A stretch of 53,353 nucleotides of DNA, from contig JBNGIO010006169.1 in assembly GCA_049999805.1 (NCBI GenBank), forward strand, positions 1-53,353, read 5' to 3'. The position numbers and the translations under genes are program-made. Numbering within the stretch: the first letter of the stretch is position 1; the number at the start of each line of letters is the position of its first letter. A model generated the notes under the pieces. That model was not told the DNA's origin and made no database searches. It saw nothing but the letters and a program-made list of their open reading frames with translations. The stretch is from Folioceros fuciformis. Lineage: Eukaryota. This document shows positions 47,590 to 53,353 of the stretch, one piece after another.

Positions 47590-48132
47590 AGAGGCCTCAA
47601 GGTTGCAAACCTTGAGGCCTTAGTTGCTTTGCAGAGCCAGAAGCAGCAGCAGTACAAAGGATTGGACCACAGCAGATTGGTGGATGTGGTTAACATTCAC
47701 AAATTTCCTGTACGTTCATGAAGTTGGTTGCCAAGACAACGTTTGGCAGAATTCTGCCTCTTAGATCTCAATTCTTCTCCTTGGCAGCCCCTGTGTGCAA
47801 GCTTGTAAGCTGTTGGATTCCACCACCGACTTTGTTATCGCGTCAACGGAATCTCATCCACAAAAACGATTTTTCTTGGACAACATCAGTGTTTGCCTAA
47901 GGAGGTAGGGACCTCCGAGAGAAAAACTCGATATACAGCCAGCGGTCTGTTTGTTTAGAGGGAGCTATAGACTGTATGACCAGTAATAAAGAATATAGAC
48001 CTCGTTTCACACAGACACATTGCTCAGCGGGCTGCGAGCCGGATCTGAGCTCCCGGGACATTCCGTTGTGTTCATCAAGTTTGGTGTCTTGCCAGCTTGA
48101 AAGAACCGATCGACCTCGAGACGGAGGTGAAA

Positions 48133-50483
48133 ATGCAAGGCTCGCACACGAGCTCTTACGGGGTGAAGTATCAGGTAAAGCCTTGTTGCTGTTGGAAAGA
48201 CTCTGGCTGAGTAGGCCTTGGAAGGCATCTTCAGGACGGATTATTGGCTGGGAATCGCAAATCGAAGGCAATGCGGCTGTGTGCGAGGATTTGCCGAGAT
48301 TTTGATGCTGAAAGAAGGTTTGCGTCGGGGCGCAGGCCAGATGTTTAGTGGCTCAGGCTGCAGAACTGCAGCGTGCACGTTTTCTCGTCGGAACGCTGAG
48401 TTTGAGGGAAGAGAATGAGGTATGGGAGATCCGAATCCAGGGTTCTGGTTGCGTTGTGTCTGGGGAATGTGTTGTTCTGACATGTTAAGCTGCAGGTGCA
48501 TTTGATAGAATTCTCTGAAAATGGAGGGGATGTCACCTGTGAGGGATTGTATTCCCACCCGCCGGAGATATGGGACCTTGCTGCCTGTCCATTCGACGCG
48601 CAGCTCTTTTCTACTGTGTATGCTTCAGGTACGGATGTGTGTCCTTGCGCCTGACAGCGCGTCCTGATACCTGTTTGCTGATCCCTGTTTTGTGGATCTG
48701 TAGCTGGGGAGTTCGGTGCAAAGGTTTGGCGGATGCCTGACCGGCAGAAGAGTGTCAGCGGGAGCTCTCCTCCGTTGCAGTCGGTAGCTGCCCTTGATGG
48801 ACACAAGTCTATCGTGAAGTGGTGAGCTGTTAAGTAGGGGTTTGCTGGCTGTCTCATTTTCTGTGCAACCCTGGACTGTTCCACTTGTGGCTGGGTAAAG
48901 GAGTACGACCAACGAGTGCTTTGGATGCAGTACATTATGGTGGCCTGCGGGAAAGCACGCACAGTTGGTGAGCATAGATGCGGAGAACTTGTATTTGTGG
49001 GATTTGGATACGGTTCGCAACGTCTCGAAGGTGAATATGCATCTGATTGTTGAAGAGGCAGTTGAGCAAGGGGGCTTGTCCTGAATTTTCAAGGTGTCAC
49101 TCGTGAGTTTCACTTGCAGCTCAGCACCCAGGCATCGGTGGGAGATCTTCAGTATATGGCTGGTGGACGCTGGGATCCACATGATGTCAACCGAGTAGCT
49201 ACTTCGTGCGAGACATCCGTTCAGTTTTGGGATCTACGCTCTATGAAGTATAGACTTCTTCTGGAAGACCTTTGAAGGGTATTGTAGCTCTCCAGTGTTT
49301 GTCAGGCTAGCACCAGACTGACATTGGTGTAGGCGGGACGGCTGGTTTTTGTTTTCTGCTCGACTGTGTGATGCTGCTAGAAGTCATGTGGGTTGGTCTT
49401 CCCTTAGCGTCATTTAAGATCTTCAGTCTTTCTCCAAATTGTTTTCCTCAAGTTGTGTTACTCGTGTTCTCACTCCTTTGACTTCATTGAGGTATTGAAA
49501 TCCGTTTCAGGCAATCAGTGAAGGTCGATCAAGCTCATGCCATTCAAGTGCGGGACATCGACTTCAGCCCGAAGAAGGCCAACATCATTGTAAGGCCTTC
49601 TTAGTGCCTTCGTAGCACACTGTAACAACTGTTTAACGCTCTTGGGACTTATTCCAGGTTACAGCTGGAGATGATTCAAAAATACGTCTTTGGGACACGA
49701 AGATGCCTGGCATGCCCTTGCAGGAGCTTCCTGGACATTCCCATTGGTTGGTGCATGAATTTAGAATGATCTTTTGCGTTGCCAACTTGATGACGCTATG
49801 TCTTGGCATCCTGTTGGCCGGCCGGACTCACAACTCTTTGGACTTGCAGGACAGTCAGAGTTCGATACAACCCCAGCTATGACGAACTTGTTCTTGTAAG
49901 AATTTAGGCTGTCATCAAAAGCTGTAGTTCCAATCTACCATATCTGACTAAGAGCGCCTCCTTCGTCTTCAGAGTGGTGGTACAGATGCAGTAGTGAACC
50001 TGTGGCAAGTGGCAAGCCCATCAGGAGACTCAAAACCCAGAAGGTAAGTGTTGCTTGTCCCTGATGTGGATCATTCTAGCCTACAACAACACTAACCTGT
50101 GCCACCGCTCTGGCACAGTCCTGTGGCATCACCGAGAGGACCTCTTGAAGCTTTGATCCGTTCCCACACTGAACATGAAGACAGTGTCTATGGTGTGTTC
50201 ACTGTCCCTGTGCCTGTACCTCCGGGCTTCTGCAGTATCATATGCTCAAGCATCTGGCATCCTCAGATTATTCTTTTTCCATGTGCATGCAGGACTGGCA
50301 TGGAGTTGTAGAGATCCGTGGGTCTTCGCTTCTATATCCTATGACGGACGAGTAAGTGATTCTCCTGCTGCACACCAGCACACAGAGCAATACCTCTAGA
50401 AAGTCTTGACCGACGAAAATGCTGTGCTGCAGGTGGTAATCGACTCGGTTCCGAACAACATCAGAAAGAAGCTGAAACGGTGA
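48133..50483 (+). CDS. WD40 protein, DWA2/EIPR1(TSSC1)-like, multi-exon
   Basis: MQGSHTSSYGVKYQ|ARC...FLVGTLSLREENE|VHLI...CEGLYSHPPEIWDLAACPFD; later WDPHD, VRDIDFSPKK, TAGDDSKIRLWD, EHEDSVYG and WVFASISYDGRVV. Confidence 0.88.
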
Positions 50484-51026
50484 AACAGCAATTCGTGCTT
50501 CATTACCCCACTTTGGCCAGGTCACTTGAGAAAATAGACTAGCTTTTGATTTGGAGGACGAGGAACGGGCCAACCAACCCAGGAATGGTTGAACAAAGAA
50601 AGATCCTCATTTATGGCTTCGAAACTGCTTCCCCTCCTTTTGCTGTGTCGACGGAACGGTTTATCACTACGGTTGAAGGCAGTGTTTGACGTGACTGTCT
50701 GGTCTTAATCACAACTACGATTCGAACCATGAGATCCAGCCTGTTATCTGAGATGGCGTGACATGAGTCTGGGGAACCATTCCTGACCACTTACCCAGTT
50801 CAACTATTTTAAAACACCTTGTTCCCTAAATTTAATTCGTGAAAAGACAGGAAAAGCCAATAATTTTTCATACAGGGAAGGCAGCGAAGGAGTCCACGTC
50901 GAGTAGGCGAAGGAGAGGAGAAAAGCGAAGGCAAAGGTGGAGGAGGAAAGTGGGAGACGGAGCTACCAGAAACCAAGTGGCTGAGGGCCAAGTCCCGCAG
51001 CGACAGAAGGTGCAGCAGAAGTAGGC

Positions 51027-52814
51027 ATGGCGGGGCCGGTCAGAGAGGGCGCGGCCTCGGCGGGCCGAGCGCTTTCTCGGTTGCTCCGCGGGCGGATGCA
51101 GCAGCCCTCCGCCATCGCTCAGGTGAGGCTTTCTCGTCTTCGGAGCTTGCGCATCTCCTGCGCCGTCTCTAATTCATGCATTTTTCTTCACCCGGCTCGC
51201 AAGCTCTGCTCCCGGGCCGCCGGATTTGGAGCTCTGTCTGTTCTGCTTGTATGCCCTAATTCTGCGGGCGGGAGGAGAAACCGTATCCCAGATTCCTCCT
51301 AGATCTGTGGTTTGTGGCCCCGCTAGGGCTGTGGCGTTGTGGATCCTGTGCTGGTTGTGAATGTTGTGGTTTTGTGTCGTGTATGATGTTTGTGTCTGCA
51401 GTCTGCGCCTGTGGCGTCGGCGTTGGCGAGCAAGGGGCAGCAGGATGGCGGCGAATCCTGCGGTTTCAGGTCGCTCCGGGGGTTGGCGTTGGTGGGAGCC
51501 GGTGCCACGGGGTTGATTGGGCTGTCTGGATTGGCGTATGCTGACGAGGCGGAGCACGGGCTGGCGGCCCCGACTTATCCCTGGCCCCATTACGGGCTGC
51601 TCAGTTCGTATGATCACCCTTCGTAAGTGGCCTGAGCTGGGGGAATTCGGGCCTGGTTGGTGTCGTGGAGCGTAGTTTGGCAGTTGCTGAGGGTTTTGAG
51701 GTTCGGGATTTTGCAGGATCCGGCGAGGGCATCAGGTGTTTCAGTCCGTGTGTGCGTCGTGTCACAGCATGTCTCTGATCGCCTATCGGGATCTTGTGGG
51801 TGTTGCCTACACTGAGGATGAGGTGAAGGCGTTGGCTGCCGAGATCGAAGTTATGGATGGACCGAACGATGAAGGTGAAATGTATGCCCGACCGGGCAAG
51901 CTCAGTGATCGTTTTCAGCAGCCTTACCCGAATGAGCAAGCTGCTCGATTTGCAAACGGAGGTGCATATCCGCCAGATCTGAGCTTGATGACCAAGGTGG
52001 AGACGCAGACAACACCGCGTCATGTGGTTTGGCACGTCTGATTCAGGGTCTGAATGGCTCTGGCCTGTTGTTTTTTGCATCTGACCTGTCCCCTTGGTCT
52101 GGAGGCAGGCTCGTCACAATGGGGACAATTATGTGTTCTCGTTACTCACGGGCTACAGAGATCCTCCAGCTGGGGTTTCGGTAGGCCGTCCTTATCCTGG
52201 TTCCTATGTATGCACGTTTGGGATTCGCCGTATGATAAGCTATCTCAATAGTGAAAGGGGGACTGGCGGCATTCATGTTGTGGCAGGTTAGAGAGGGCTT
52301 GCACTACAATCCTTACTTCCCGGGAGGAGCTATTGCTATGCCTAAGATGCTTGTAACTGGTGGTGTTGAGTACGATGACGGCACGAAACCGTACGAATCG
52401 CAGGTGGGATACGGTCTCCTAAGTGGCCTTGCATGCAGTCTCAGTCTCGTCGACAGTCATTTCCTGACGTTTTGAACTCCCGCTCCCGTTGGTTTGCAGT
52501 TAGCGAAGGATGTCACCGAATTCTTATCATGGGCAGCTGAACCAGAAATGGAGGAGCGGAAGCTGGTGAGAATCTGTTTGACGTGGCTATTGTGCTGGTC
52601 TAGTCTACCATTCAAAGTTCAGAGTCTATTTCTTCGAACATCAGGACATCTTGATTATCTCGATTTGCAATTTTCTGATTCCCGTCTTTCGTTGCAGATG
52701 GGTATCAAGTGGATTTTCTGCTTGTCACTCATTTTGCTTCAAGCTGGTTACTTCAAAAGGTTCAAGTGGGCTCCCATTAAGTCACGGAGGCTGGTACTTG
52801 ACGTTGTGAATTAG
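51027..52814 (+). CDS. CYC1: Mitochondrial cytochrome c1 (complex III), about 7 exons
   Basis: Presequence, [31 protein letters not shown] (CxxCH), [49 protein letters not shown] and [19 protein letters not shown]. Confidence 0.96.
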
Positions 52815-53164
52815 CCAGGAACGTACCTGCCGCTCTCAAGTGATGAGATGAGGAAGTCCTGCTTTGTGTTGGGACGGCCAGCTGTCAAACCTTTCAGCGA
52901 CAGTGATCCATGGCGAAGCCCTACCAGGGACGATGCTCCGGTACTCGGATTTTTATTTGTTTTGAGAGCCGGAGTTTCGTTGAGCCAGAACTCGAATGTG
53001 CTATTGGTCTCACTCTGGAATAGTATTGGAGTCGAGATCCTATTCCGTTGTTATCGTTTCTGGAAAGATACATTAAATCAAATTTCCTTACTGGCCACAT
53101 TTACCGGTTACAGGTAGGAACGCCGTTGAGTGGAATAGGCCCGGCCTGAATTCCTGATGAGCGG

Positions 53165-53353
53165 TTAAATTACTTGCAGCGCAACAGATTTTGGCCATGT
53201 GTCCACATACTTATACCGATGAGCGCACAGTATGTAGAAGAGGAGATTAAGCGCGTTTACCGCCGCCAGCAGCCAGTAGAACCTGTCGAGGTGTGCTTTG
53301 TTGAGGTCGTCCTGAAGCCAGTTCGTGGATTTGGAGACAATGGAGGTAAAGCC
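53165..53353 (-). CDS. 3' end of an NRT1/PTR (NPF) family transporter, truncated by the window edge
   Basis: The minus strand reads ...NWLQDDLNKAHLDRFYWLLAAVNALNLLFYILCAHRYKY...*, the typical NPF C-terminal motif. It is absent from the ORF track because no start codon lies in the window. Confidence 0.85.
   Translation of the reverse strand, partial: GFTSIVSKSTNWLQDDLNKAHLDRFYWLLAAVNALNLLFYILCAHRYKYVDTWPKSVALQVI

Noticed and set aside
50690-50790. tRNA suggested by GGTTCGAATC on the minus strand
   Set aside because: The T-stem does not pair and there is no cloverleaf. The same applies to GGTTCGATCC at ~42172.
10098-52814. Functional cluster (nucleotide/DNA genes RNR1, IMPDH, SEN1, HMG; mitochondrial genes ISCA1, NDUFAF6, CYC1)
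   Set aside because: Common housekeeping categories interspersed with unrelated genes; no evidence beyond chance in a compact genome.

Overview
Gene-dense nuclear DNA from a seed-free land plant. The roughly 50% GC, very short 60-160 nt GT-AG introns and PLS-type PPR gene are most like a hornwort, but this is an inference. I can trace 13 protein-coding genes: a PLS-E/E+ PPR editing factor, RNR large subunit, beta-carotene hydroxylase, IscA/ISA1, RACK1, a GH32 acid invertase with the 9-nt DPN mini-exon, a CYP94-like P450, a SEN1/Upf1-type helicase, an HMG-box protein, IMPDH, NDUFAF6, a DWA2/EIPR1 WD40 protein and cytochrome c1. The 3' end of an NPF/PTR transporter lies at the window edge. Two repeat-rich, probably transposon-derived blocks lie at about 0.3-5.1 kb and 29.6-32.6 kb. 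The most striking structure is at about 14.8-16.4 kb: a decayed copy of the neighbouring PPR + RNR1 segment that is inverted, circularly permuted (PPR 5' part joined to RNR1 3' part) and carries a secondary internal inversion. This pattern is what duplication through a circular DNA intermediate would leave. Other candidates are a canonical PCNA PIP-box and 3x ~67-aa repeats in the SEN1-like helicase, a Walker A region built from micro-exons, 16-aa inserts in four PPR L motifs, an NHP6-like basic HMG protein, IMPDH and NDUFAF6 start codons only 167 bp apart, and an orphan double hairpin at about 28.3-28.5 kb. All gene models were read by eye, without alignment tools.
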